34,404 bases of DNA, taken from positions 1 to 34,404 of the forward strand of contig JBHGNT010000329.1 in NCBI GenBank assembly GCA_043228905.1. The letters are read 5' to 3'. The DNA is from Azolla caroliniana (Eukaryota; Plantae; Polypodiophyta). Every line of letters begins with the position of its first letter. Position 1 is the stretch's first letter. Positions 1-12,800 of the stretch are shown here, in pieces. The notes beneath the pieces are model-generated. The model worked only from the letters and a program-made list of their open reading frames with translations, searched no databases and was not told the DNA's origin. A program made the position numbers and the translations under genes.

Positions 1-3000
1 GCATATTTATACACAGAAATCCGATATCACATGAGCCAGGTATGAACATTTTAATTTCCTCAAGGGCTCTTCTCAACCCCCTCCTCAAGTTTGCTAATTT
101 CTTCATATCTCCTGACCTGAGTTTCAAAATCTTGATTTTTGAACTGTATATCATAGCTAGCGTTCCTAGCTTCGATTCGCATATTTGAACTTCAAAATCC
201 GATATCACACGAGCCAGGTATGAACATTTTAATTTACTCAAGCGCTCTTCTCAACTCCATCCTCATCTCTGCTAATTTCGTCATGTCTCTCGACCTGAGT
301 TTCAAAATCTTGATTTTTTATTTCTATATCATAGCTAGCGTTGCTAGCTTTGATTCGAATATTTGAACACTGAAATCCGATATCACACGAGCCAGGTATG
401 AACATTTTAATTTACTCAAGGGCTCTTCTCAACTCCCTCCTCAAGTTTGCTAATTTCTTCATATCTCCTGACCTGAGTTTCAAAATCTTGATTTTTCAAT
501 TCTATATCATAGCTGGCGTTGCTAGCTTTGATTCGAATATTTGAACACAGCAATCCGATATCACACGAGCCAGGTATGAACATTATAATTTACTCAAGGG
601 CTCTTCTCAACTCCCTCCTCAAGTTTGCTAATTTCTTCATATCTCCTGACCTGAGTTTCAAAATCTTGATTTTTTAATTCTCTATCATAGCTAGCGTTCC
701 TACCTTCGATTCGCATATTTATACACAGAAATCCGATATCACATGAGCCAGGTATGAACATTTTAATTTCCTCAAGGGCTCTTCTCAACCCCCTCCTCAA
801 GTTTGCTAATTTCTTCATATCTCCTGACCTGAGTTTCAAAATCTTGATTTTTGAACTGTATATCATAGCTAGCGTTGCTACCTTCGATTCGCATATTTGA
901 ACTTCAAAATCCGATATCACACGAGCCAGGTATGAACATTTTAATTTACTCAAGCGCTCTTCTCAACTCCATCCTCATCTCTGCTAATTTCGTCATGTCT
1001 CTCGACCTGAGTTTCAAAATCTTGATTTTTTATTTCTATATCATAGCTAGCGTTGCTAGCTTTGATTCGAATATTTGAACACAGAAATCCGATATCACAC
1101 GAGCCAGGTATGAACATTTTAATTTACTCAAGGGCTCTTCTCAACTCCCTCCTCAAGTTTGCTAATTTCTTCATATCTCCTGACCTGAGTTTCAAAATCT
1201 TGATTTTTGAATTCTATATCATAGCTCGCGTTGCTAGCTTCGATTCGCATATTTGAACACTGAAATCCGATATCACACGAGCCAGGTATGAACATTTTAA
1301 TTTACTCAAGGGCTCTTCTCAACTCCCTCCTCAAGTTTGCTAATTTCTTCATATCTCCTGACCTGAGTTTCAAATTCTTGATTTTTTAATTTTCTATCAT
1401 AGCTAGCGTTCCTACCTTCGATTCGCATATTTATACACCGAAATCCGATATCACATGAGCCAGGTATGAACATTTTAATTTTCTCAAGGGCTCTTCTCAA
1501 CCCCCTCCTCAAGTTTGCTAATTTCTTCATATCTCCTGACCTGAGTTTCAAAATCTTGATTTTTGAACTGTATATCATAGCTAGCGTTGCTACCTTCGAT
1601 TCGCATATTTGAACTTCAAAATCCGATATCACACGAGCCAGGTATGAACATTTTAATTTACTCAAGCGCTCTTCTCAACTCCATCCTCATCTCTGCTAAT
1701 TTCGTCATGTCTCTCGACCTGAGTTTCAAAATCTTGATTTTTTATTTCTATATCATAGCTAGCGTTGCTAGCTTTGATTCGAATATTTGAACACAGAAAT
1801 CCGATATCACACGAGCCAGGTATGAACATTTTAATTTACTCAAGGGCTCTTCTCAACTCCCTCCTCAAGTTTGCTAATTTCTTCATATCTCCTGACCTGA
1901 GTTTCAAAATCTTGATTTTTGAATTCTATATCATAGCTCGCGTTGCTATCTTCGAATCGAATATTTCAACACGAAAATCCGATATCACACGAGCCAGGTA
2001 TGAACATTTTAATTTACTCAAGGGCTCTTCTCAACTCCCTCCTCAAGTTTGCTAATTTCTTCATATCTCCTGACCTGAGTTTCAAAATCTTGATTTTTGA
2101 ACTGTATATCATAGCTAGCGTTGCTACCTTCGATTCGCATATTTGAACTTCAAAATCTGATATCACACGAGCCAGGTATGAACATTTTAATTTACTCAAG
2201 CGCTCTTCTCAACTCCATCCTCATCTCTGCTAATTTCGTCATGTCTCTCGACCTGAGTTTCAAAATCTTGATTTTTTATTTCTATATCATAGCTAGCGTT
2301 GCTAGCTTTGATTCGAATATTTGAACACAGAAATCCGATATCACACGAGCCAGGTATGAACATTTTAATTTACTCAAGGGCTCTTCTCAACTCCCTCCTC
2401 AAGTTTGCTAATTTCTTCATATCTCCGGACCTGAGTTTCAAAATCTTGATTTTTCAATTCTATATCATAGCTGGCGTTGCTACCTTCGATTCGCATATTT
2501 GAACACAGCAATCCGATATCACACGAGCCAGGTATGAACATTTTAATTTACTCAAGGGCTCTTCTCAACTCCCTCCTCAAGTTTGCTAATTTCTTCATAT
2601 CTCCTGACCTGAGTTTCAAAATCTTGATTTTTTAATTCTCTATCATAGCTAGCGTTGCTACCTTCGATTCGCATATTTATACACAGAAATCCGATATCAC
2701 ACGAGCCAGGTATGAACATTTCAATTTACTCAAGGGCTCTTCTCAACTCCCTCCTCAAGTTTGCTAATTTCTTCATATCTCCTGACCTGAGTTTCAAAAT
2801 CTTGATTTTTTTATTCTCTATCATAGCTAGCGTTCCTACCTTCGATTCGCATATTTATACACAGAAATCCGATATCACATGAGCCAGGTATGAACATTTT
2901 AATTTCCTGAAGGGCTCTTCTCAACCCCCTCCTCAAGTTTGCTAATTTCTTCATATCTCCTGACCTGAGTTTCAAAATCTTGATTTTTGAACTGTATATC

Positions 3001-4122
3001 ATAGCTAGCGTTGCTACCTTCGATTCGCACATTTGAACTTCAAAATCTGATATCACACGAGCCAGGTATGAACATTTTAATTTACTCAAGCGCTCTTCTC
3101 AACTCCATCCTCATCTCTGCTAATTTCGTCATGTCTCTCGACCTGAGTGTCAAAATCTTGATTTTTTATTTCTATATCATAGCTAGCGTTGCTAGCTTTG
3201 ATTCGAATATTTGAACACAGAAATCCGATATCACACGAGCCAGGTATGAACATTTTAATTTACTCAAGGGCTCTTCTCAACTCCCTCCTCAAGTTTGCTA
3301 ATTTCTTCATATCTCCGGACCTGAGTTTCAAAATCTTGATTTTTCAATTCTATATCATAGCTGGCGTTGCTACCTTCGATTCGCATATTTGAACACAGCA
3401 ATCCGATATCACACGAGCCAGGTATGAACATTTTAATTTACTCAAGGGCTCTTCTCAACTCCCTCCTCAAGTTTGCTAATTTCTTCATATCTCCTGACCT
3501 GAGTTTCAAAATCTTGATTTTTTAATTCTCTATCATAGCTAGCGTTGCTACCTTCGATTCGCATATTTATACACAGAAATCCGATATCACACGAGCCAGG
3601 TATGAACATTTCAATTTACTCAAGGGCTCTTCTCAACTCCCTCCTCAAGTTTGCTAATTTCTTCATATCTCCTGACCTGAGTTTCAAAATCTTGATTTTT
3701 TTATTCTCTATCATAGCTAGCGTTGCTACCTTCGATTCACATATTTATACACAGAAATCCGATATCACATGAGCCAGGTATGAACATTTTAATTTCCTCA
3801 AGGGCTCTTCTCAACCCCCTCCTCAAGTTTGCTAATTTCTTCATATCTCCTGACCTGAGCTTCAAAATCTTGATTTTTGAACTGTATATCATAGCTAGCG
3901 TTGCTACCTTCGATTCGCATATTTGAACTTCAAAATCTAATATCACACGAGCCAGGTATGAACATTTTAATTTACTCAAGCGCTCTTCTCAACTCCATCC
4001 TCATCTCTGCTAATTTCGTCATGTCTCTCGACCTGAGTTTCAAAATCTTGATTTTTTATTTCTATATCATAGCTAGCGTTGCTAGCTTTGATTCGAATAT
4101 TTGAACACAGAAATCCGATATC
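1..4122. repeat. 178-bp tandem satellite, subtype A (homogeneous, higher-order repeats of 3-5 monomers)
   Basis: The motif AAATCCGATATCACACGAGCCAGGTATGAACATTTT recurs every 178 bp. A diagnostic variant monomer (AGCGCTCTTCTCAACTCCATCCTCATCTCTG) starts at 241, 953, 1665, 2199, 3089 and 3979, spacings 712, 712, 534, 890, 890. No indels seen. Confidence 0.97.
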
Positions 4123-4217
4123 CCACACACAGCGTTGCTAGCCCTCTCTCCCTTATTATATTTTTATTTATATTTAAGTTTTAATCTTGATAATAATTTA
4201 AGTTTTCAAGGTTTAAG

Positions 4218-4254
<37 letters not shown>
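4218..4254 (+). repeat. (CT)n microsatellite
   Basis: Interrupted CT run read directly. Confidence 0.9.
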
Positions 4255-4351
4255 ATGCTCTCCAAGCCGTGCACCGATGATAGACCATTCGCACTCCTTG
4301 TCAACGATCGTATGATCAACAAAACTCATCACTCCCCTTATGTCTACTCAT

Positions 4352-4354
<3 letters not shown>

Positions 4355-4391
<37 letters not shown>
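4355..4391 (+). repeat. (CT)n microsatellite
   Basis: Pure CT run of about 18 units. A third, shorter run lies at 4892-4909. Confidence 0.9.
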
Positions 4392-4393
<2 letters not shown>

Positions 4394-4667
4394 TCCCTTC
4401 TCATCATCTCACGTAAGCCTTGTTTCCCCCTCTCTCTTAATGCCCCTTATATTTCCTCACTTTTTACATTTTATATCCTAAACTCTCCCTTTTCTTCTTA
4501 TCCCTCCTTTTACAATATAACCTCATACCAAAGCCTTCCCCTTATCACATTAAAGCCCATAAAATCCTCTTCCTTCTTCTCCAAATCTTTCCCCCCCTTT
4601 CAATCACATCCATAAGCACAACCCCACTCCCTATTGTCATTTCTCTGAAGCCACTCCAAAAACTCCC

Positions 4668-4675
4668 TATATAAA
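4668..4675 (+). promoter_or_regulatory. Candidate TATA box upstream of the hammerhead
   Basis: CCC-TATATAAA-CC, 13 nt before the hammerhead stem I arm. Confidence 0.4.
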
Positions 4676-4688
4676 CCTATCCACCCCG

Positions 4689-4749
4689 AATGGTCATGGT
4701 AGAACTGATGAGCCCCGTAGGGGGCGAAACTAGTTTGCTCATGACCATT
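4689..4749 (+). ncRNA. Minimal type I hammerhead ribozyme
   Basis: Core CTGATGA (4705-4711); stem II GCCCC-GTAG-GGGGC (4712-4725); GAAAC (4726-4730); palindromic stem III ACTAGT (4729-4734); GTT cleavage triplet (4733-4735). Stem I distal AATGGTCATG (4689-4698) pairs perfectly with CATGACCATT (4740-4749); proximal AGAA/TGCT has one mismatch. Confidence 0.85.
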
Positions 4750-5040
4750 ACCCATCGTATTGTAATTTTTTCCTTTTTCTTAATGAAAATTAGTCTCCTT
4801 CTTAATCTCTCCCTCTTTCTAATCTAGACTATTTAGCTTATGGTTATGTTTTACCTTGTTTCTAATTTTAATGTTAGTGATTCATCCCTCGTCTCTCTCT
4901 CTCTCTCTCCCTCCCCTTCCTCTATCTCTTATTATGCCTCACTTACACCAAGTTTGTCAAATGATTTGGGTGTGCTCAAATTATTCTTGGTGTTTCTTTT
5001 CACTTTATCCCCTCTTGCACTTAATCGTAAACCCTTTTAC

Positions 5041-5167
5041 CCTCTAAACCCTAAGCCCAAAACAAACACTAAACCCTAATTCTTAAACCCTAACCCTAAC
5101 TCTTAAACCCTAACCCTAACCCTAAACCTAAACCAAAACTCAAACCCTAATTCCTAAACCCTAAACC
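5041..5167 (+). repeat. Degenerate telomere-like repeats (CCCTAAA mixed with CCCTAA)
   Basis: Multiple TAAACCCTAA, AACCCTAACCCTAAC and CCTAAACCCTAAACC units. Confidence 0.8.
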
Positions 5168-5261
5168 TTTTTTCTCTATAACTCTACATCTTACATATTG
5201 CACCCACCGATTGCCTACCATCCGCACTCCTTGTTTCGACTTCACGGTCCAATTGAGAATA

Positions 5262-8200
5262 TGTTAGCTTCGATTCGCAAGTTTGATCTTAAAAATCCGA
5301 TATCACATGACCCAGGTATGAATATTTTCATTTACTCCCGCGCTCTTGTCTACGACCTCGTCAAGTTTGCTATTTTCTTCATGTCCTTCGACATGAGTTT
5401 CAAAATCTTGATTTTTAAGTTCATATCATAGTTAGCATTGGAAGCTTCGATTCGCATGTTAGACCACAAAAATCCGATATCACACGAGCCAGGTTTGAAC
5501 ATTTTAATTTACTCTCGGGCTCTTGTCTACGATCTTCTCAAGTTTCCTATTTTCCTCATGTCTCTCGACCTGAGTTTAAAAATCTTGATTTTTTAATTCC
5601 ATATCATAGCTAGCGTTGTTAGCTTCGATTCGCATGTTTGATCGTAAAAATCCGATATCACATGACCCAGGTATGAATATTTTCATTTACTCCCGGGCTC
5701 TTCTCTACGACCTCCTCAAGTTTGGTATTTTCTTCATGTCTCTCGACCTGAGTTTCAAAATCTTGATTTTTTAATTCCATATCATAGCTAACATTGTAAG
5801 CTTCGATTCACATGTTTAAATGAAAAAATCCGATATCAGACGAGCTCTTGTCTACAACCTCCTTAAGTTTGCTATTTTCTTCATGTCTCTCGACCTGAGT
5901 TTTAAAATCTTGATTTCTATAATCCATATCATAGCTAGCGTTGTTAGCTTCGATTCGCAAGTTTGCTCTTAAAAATCCGATATCACATGACCGAGGTATG
6001 AATATTTTCATTTACTCACGCGCTCTTGTCCACGACCTCATCAAGTTTGCTATTTTTTTCATGTCCTTCGACCTGAGTTTCAAAATCTTGATTTTTAAGT
6101 CCATATCATAGTTAGCATTGGAAGCTTCGATTCGCATGTTTGACCACAAAAATCCGATATCACACGAGCTAGGTTTCAACATTTTAATTTACTACCGGGC
6201 TCTTGTCTACGATCTTCTCAAGTTTCCTATTTTCTTCATGTCTCTCGACCTGAGTTTAAAAATCTTGATTTTTTAATTCCATATCAGAGCTAGCGTTGTT
6301 AGCTTCGATTTGCTTGTTTGACTTCAAAAATCCGATATCACACGACCTAGGTATGAACATTTTCATTTACTCCCGTGCTCTTGTCTACGACCTCCTCAAG
6401 TTTGCTATTTTCTTCATGTCTCTCGACCTGAGTTTCAAAATCTTGATTTCAAAGTCCATATCATAGCTAGCCTTGTAAGCTTCAATTCGCATGTTTAAGC
6501 ACAAAAATCCGATATCACACGAGCCAGATATCACTTACTAACGGGCTCTTGTCTACCACCTTGTCAAGCCTGCTATTTTCTTCATGTCTCTCGACCTGAG
6601 TTTCAAAATCTTGATTTTTTAATTCCATATCATAGCTAGCGTTGTTAGCTTTGATTCGCATGTTTGATCCCAAAAATGCAACGCAATATCACACGAGCCA
6701 GGTATGAATATTTTCATTGACTAACAGCCTCTTTTCTACGACCTCCTCAACTTTGGTATTTTATTCATGTCTCTCGAACTGAGTTTCAGAATTTTGATTT
6801 TTTAATTCCATATCACAGTTAGCCTTGGAAGCTTCGATTCGCATGTTTGAACACAAAAATCTGATATCACACGAGCCAGGTATGAACATTTTCAATTACT
6901 AACGGGCTCTTTGTCTATGACCTCCTTAAGTTTGGTATTTTCTTGATGTCTCTCGACGTGAATTTCAAAATCTTGATTTTTTAATTCCATATCATAACTA
7001 GCGTTGTAAGCTTCGATTCACATGTTTAAACACAAAAATGCGATATCACACGAGCCAGGTATGAACATTTTAATTTACTAACGGGCTCCTTTCTACGACC
7101 GCCTCAACTTTGGTATTTGTTTCATGCCTCTCGACCTAAGTTTCAAAATCTTGATTCTTTAACTCCGTTTCATAGTTAGCATTGGAAGCTTCGATTCTCA
7201 AGTTTCCTTTTTTCTTTATGTCTCTCAACCTGAGTTTAAAAATCTTGATTTTTTAACTCCATAGCATAGCTAGCGTTGTTAGCTTCGATTCGCTTGTTTG
7301 ACATCAAAAATCCGATATCACACGAGCCAGGTATGAACCTTTTCATTTACTCCCATGCTTTTGTCTACGACCTCCTCAAGTTTGGTATTTTCTTTATGTC
7401 TCTCGACCTGAGTTTCAAAATCTTGATATTTTAATTCCATATCATAGCTAGCGTTGTTTGCTTCGATTCGCATGTTTGATCTTAAAAATCCGATATCACA
7501 TGACCCAGGTATGAATATTTTTTATTACTCCCGGGCTCTTGTCTACGACCTCCTCAAGTTTGGTATTTTCTTCATGTTTCTCGACCTGAGTTTCAAAATC
7601 TTGATTTTTGAATTCCATATCATAGCTAGCATTGTAAGCTTCGATTCGCATGTTTGAACACAAAAATCCGATATCACACGAGCCAGGTATAAATATTTTC
7701 ATTGACTAACGGGCTGTTGTCTACGACCTCCTCAACTTTGGTATTTTATTCATGCCTCTCGAACTGAGTTTCAAAATCTCGATTTTTTAATTCCATATCA
7801 TAGTTAGCATTGGAAGCTTCGATTCGCATGTTTGAACACAAAAATGCGATAGCACACAAGCCAGGTATGAACATTTTCATTTACTAAGGGGCTCTTGTCT
7901 ATGACCTCCTTAAGTTTGGTATTTTCTTCATGCCTCTCGACCTGAGTTTCAAAATCTTGATTTTTTAATTCCATATCATAGCTAGCGTTGTAAGCTTCGA
8001 TTCGCATGTTTAAACACAAAAATGCGATATCACACGAGCCAGGTATGAACATTTTCATTTACTAACGGGCTCCTTTCTACGACCGCCACAACTTTGGGAT
8101 TTGTTTCATGCCTCTCGACCTGAGTTTCAAAATCTTGATTCTTTAACTCCGTATCATAGTTAGCATTGGAAGCTTCGATTCGCATGTTTGACCATAAAAA

Positions 8201-9383
8201 TCCGATGTCACACGAGCCAGGTCTGAACATTTTAATTTACTCCCGGGCTCTTGTCTACGATCTTCTCAAATTTCCTATTTTCTTCATGTCTCTCAACTTG
8301 AGTTTAAAAATCTTGATTTTTTAACTCCATAGCATAGCTAGCGTTGTTAGCTTCGTTTCGCTTGTTTGACATCAAAAATCTGATATCACACGACCCAGGT
8401 ATGAACATTTTCATTTACTCCCATGCTTTTGTCTACGACCTCCTCAACTTTGGTATTTTCTTCATGTCTCACGACCTGAGTTTCAAAACCTTGATTTTTA
8501 AGTGTTTAAAGCTTCAATTCGCATGTTTAAAGACAAAAATCCGATATCACACGAGCCAGGTATGAACATTTTCATTTACTAACGGGCTCCTTTCTACGAC
8601 CGCCTCAACTTTGGTATTTTTTTCATGCCCCTCGACCTGAGTTTCAAAATCTTGATTCTTTAACTCCATATCATAGTTCGCATTGGAAGCTTCGATTCGC
8701 ATGTTTGACCATAAAAATCCGATGTGACACGAGCCAGGTCTGAACATTTTAATTTACTCCCAGGTTCTTGTCTACGATCTTCTCATGTTTCCTATTTTCT
8801 TCATGTTTCTCAACCTGAGTTTAAAAATCTTGATTTTTTATTCCATATCATAGCTAGCGTTGTTAGCTTCGATTCGCTTGTTTGACCTCAAAAATCCGAT
8901 ATCACACGACCCAGGTATGGACATTTTCATTTACTCCCATTTGCTATTTTCTTGATGTCTCTCGACCTGAGTTTCAAAATCTTGATTTTTTAATTCCATA
9001 TCATAGCTAGCGTTGTTAGCTTCGATTCGCATGTTTGAACACAGAAATCCAATATCACACGAGCCAGGTATGAACATTTTAATTTACTCCCGGGCTATTG
9101 TCTACGACCTCCTGAATTTTGGTATTTTCTTCATGTCTCTCGACCTGAGTTTCAAAATCTTCAGTTTTTAATTCCATATCATAGCTAGCATTGTAAGCTT
9201 CAATTCGCATGTTTAAGCACAAAAATCCAATATCACACGAGCCAGGTATGAACATTTTCATTTACGAACGGGCTCTTGTCTACGACCTTCTCAACTTTCC
9301 TATTTTCTTCATGTCTCTCGACCTGAGTTTAAAAATCTTGATTTTTTGATTCCATATCATAGCTAGCGTTGTTAGCTTAGATT
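5262..9383. repeat. 178-bp satellite, subtype B (diverged, scattered deletions)
   Basis: Same monomer framework with diagnostic TTGTCTACGACCTCC, TTCCATATCATAG and GCATGTTTG. Several truncated monomers (e.g. ~5840, ~7200, ~8500, ~8940). Confidence 0.95.
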
Positions 9384-9516
9384 TGTCAGGAACTCTATTA
9401 AGGCAGAGAAGGAATTAGTACTAAAAGAAGGATTAGTACTATTGTTGGGGAATAGTACTAAGACAGAGAAGGATTAGTACTATGAGAGGTGTCGAACTTT
9501 GAGAGAAGGAATGAGT

Positions 9517-9552
<36 letters not shown>

Positions 9553-9842
9553 TGATGCGAAAGATATATGTATTATATGACGGAAGATATACAACAGTAG
9601 TTAGAAGGCTTAAGACTGGCATTGAACCGATTTGGTTCGAACTAATGCCTTGCGCCTCCTTTTATAGTGTCTTCAGGAATACTCCTGAAGTTTCTAGAAT
9701 GTTCCAGAGAAATCTGGAATATACATCAATTTCCTAATAAAACCTAAATGAAAATAATATCCTTCAAATTACAACTCATAACCTAATGGTAAAGTCTCGA
9801 CCCGTGTAACAAAAGGTTATGGGTTCGAGTCTAGTTATGACA
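9384..9842 (-). repeat. 3' LTR (459 bp) of the chromovirus
   Basis: TGTCAGG...TATGACA. The only differences seen from the other LTR are one A/G (9621 vs 14916) and one GA unit. Confidence 0.96.
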
Positions 9843-12800
9843 CTATCCCCCCTTTAAAACGACGAGTTTCACGAGTCGTTTTGGATTGAGGACCCGGTTT
9901 CTCGGGATATCGTCGATGGAAGTCTTCTAGAAGAGCACGAGCATTGGTCACATTCTCGATCGGTTCCCAAGTACGCTCGCTGGGACTATATCCTAGCCAA
10001 TCGACTAGATAGTAGAGCTTGTTGCGAACAATCTTGGAATCGAGGATGGCAGCGACCTCATACTCAGGTCCATCTTCGAGCTCGATAGGAGGTGGAGGTT
10101 GTATAGTACGTCCTGGGATAGTGCTCTCGTGATAGGGTTCGAGGAGAGAACTATGAAACACCGGGTGTATCCGAAGTTGCGGAGGTAGCTCGAGACGAAA
10201 AGCGACATCATTAATCTTCCCGATAATACGGAAAGGACCTAATCGTCGATAATCCAACTTCTCACATGGGCGAGTAGTCTTGATGTGTCGTCGTAGCAGC
10301 CACACCCGATCTCCAATGTTAAAACTGGATGGAAGTCGATGACGATCTGCGTAGTCCTTGTGTGATTGTTGAGCTTGCTGGAGTTGAGTAGATAAATCCG
10401 CTTGTATCTTGCGTAACCGCTCCAAACGATCCTCCGCGCAAGGATTTGTGGACACTTCTGGGGTTTCAAGGACACACCACCGGGGATGATATCCCGTATA
10501 AGCGTAGAATGGCGTGACTTTAGTCGATGCGTGGATAGCGTTATTATAGGCAAATTCGGCGAACTGAAGAATATCTGCCCAGTCATTCTGATGATAGTTG
10601 AGAAAGCACCGCAGATACTGCTCCAGTGTTTGATTTGTTCGTTCGGCTTGACCGTCGGTTTGTGGGTGGTAGCCGGAGGAGAGGTTACAAGTGACCTTCA
10701 GCATTTTAAAAAGGTGCTTCCAGAATTTTGACACAAACTGGGGTCCACGATCGCTGATGATATTATCAGGGAGTCCATGATGCCGACATACTTCCCGCAT
10801 GACAATTTCGGCGGTGTCTTCACTAGATATTTCTTTAGTACATGGTAAGAAATGAGCCATCTTCGTATATCGATCCACCACTGTGAGAATCGCACTGAAT
10901 CCCTTAGAGACTGGAAGATCTGTAATGAAGTCAAGAGCAATGGATTGCCATGGCTTGCTTGGAATTGGTAATGGTTCTAATAAACCATATGGATGATGTC
11001 TTGGCATTTTCGCTCTGCAGCATGTATCGCAAGTCCGAACAAAATCTTCGACAAATTGTCGCATACGGGGCCACCAGAATGATCGTTGTACTAAATCTAA
11101 TGTTTTAGTACTACCAAAATGTCCTGCTGTATATGTGTCATGGCAGTTTTGTACTACTCGAAGGCGGCAAGAACCATTAGGAACATACAAAAGTTCTTTA
11201 AAGAAGAGTAATCCATCACAGTATTTGAATTGCCGATAATCCGTACCTGGTGATTGTGATTGTGAACATGACGCTCGAGAGGCGTCAATTTGTGCTAGTA
11301 TAGCTTGGGCGAAAGCGTCAGTCTTCAAGTCCTCACGTATAGTATTGGTAATGTCGGAATCCACGGGCATGTCAAAGATTTGTGCTGCTTGCAGTCGTGC
11401 TGGACCCAAGATTACTTGCTTCTGGTTATCGAAAGCTGGCTCACCGGGACGTGGTGTTAGATACGAACGCCGTGATAATGCATCTGCCTTCCCTTGGTGC
11501 TTCCCCGGACGATATGTAATTTTGAAGTCGAAGCGTGTGAGGAAATGGGCCCACCGAGCTTGACGTCGATTCAGTACACAAGCATCTTGAAAGTAGGCAA
11601 GGTTCTTGTGGTCACTGAATACAGTGACCTGATGAGGAGATCCCTCCAGGAAATGCCTCCATTGCATAAAAGAATCAACTATTGCTAATAGCTCTTTATC
11701 ATGAATTTCGTAGTTGATTTCGGCGGCGTCAAACTTACGGGAGTGGAAAGCCACAGGATGTAGCTTCTCGTCGTTACCCTGTTGTGACAGAATGCTCCCC
11801 AATGCGAAATCCGATGCATCAGCTTCGATAATGAATGGTTTTTCCGGATCCACATGACCTAAAATTGGAGCTGATGTAAACGCCTTCTTAAGACTCTCGA
11901 AAGCCATGTCCGTCTCTTTAGACCAAATGAATGATTGTCCCTTCCTGGTGAGCTGTGTGAGAGGCAGCACAATTTTTGAGTAATTTTGTATGAACTTCCG
12001 GTAGAAATTTGCAAAGCCTAGGAAGCATTGCACATCCCGCACCGAACGCGGAGTGTGCCATTCTATCACCGTTTTGACCTTGGCTGGGTCCATAGATATG
12101 CCTTCTGAGGAGATGACATAGCCGAGAAACTCCACTTGGTTGCACCCGAAACTACATTTCTCTAACTTTGCATACAGACCATGTTCTCGAAGTCGTTTTA
12201 GTACTAATAGTACATGAGAATCATGTTCTTCTTGGGTCTTTGAATAAACCAGTAGATCATCCAAATAGATGATCAAAAAATCATCCAAGAGATCTCGAAA
12301 TATATCATTCGCCATGTGCTGGAAGACTGCCGGCGCATTAGTGAGTCCGAACGGCATGACCGTATACTCGAAGTGCCCATATCTGGTGCGAAACGCGGTC
12401 TTCCATTCATCTCCTGGTCGGATCCGTACGAGGTTATAGGCTCCTCGTAAGTCGATCTTCGTGAAGAACCTGGCACCGTTGATCCGTTCTAAAAGACTTG
12501 AGATAAGGGGAAGAGCATACCTATTTCTTACTGTGACCTTATTCAAGCCACGGTAATCTACAACGAGTCGAAGCGAGCCATCTTTTTTCTTGACGAAGAA
12601 AATGGGTGCGCCGGCTGGAGATTTCGAATGCCGAATGAAACCGTTCTCCAAATTCTCCTCTATATAGGCTCGAAGGACTTCTAGCTCGGTTGGTGACAAA
12701 TTGTAGATCGGCCCCCATGGCGGCTCTTTTCCCGGTTGTAAGTCGATGGCGCAGTCGTACGGCCGATGATGAGGAAGTGTGTTGGCTTGTACTTTATCGA

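Larger units (their letters stand above)
4123..5261 (+). mobile_element. Non-satellite island; putative non-autonomous Penelope-like/retrozyme-like element
   Basis: Unique C/T-rich sequence between satellite subtypes A and B. It contains a hammerhead core, a TATA box, (CT)n tracts, degenerate telomeric repeats and a ~30-bp degenerate direct repeat near both ends. No RT or endonuclease ORF is visible; the family call is inference. Confidence 0.45.

Noticed and set aside
393-402. Splice-donor-like CAGGTATGA in most monomers and TACTAAC in subtype B
   Set aside because: The branch motif is too close to the donor and acceptors are not conserved between subtypes. There is no support without RNA data.
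1-4122. Identity with Arabidopsis CEN178, or a CRISPR array
   Set aside because: Only the length matches CEN178 as far as I can recognise. There are no unique spacers or cas genes.
4120-5167. Telomerase RNA gene (USE-like TCCCACA, TATA, template-like repeat)
   Set aside because: The USE-like motif is ~540 bp from the TATA, and the telomeric sequence is a multi-copy tract rather than a single short template.
9519-9737. ORFs within both LTRs (MRERERE...)
   Set aside because: Produced by the GA microsatellite, antisense to the element.
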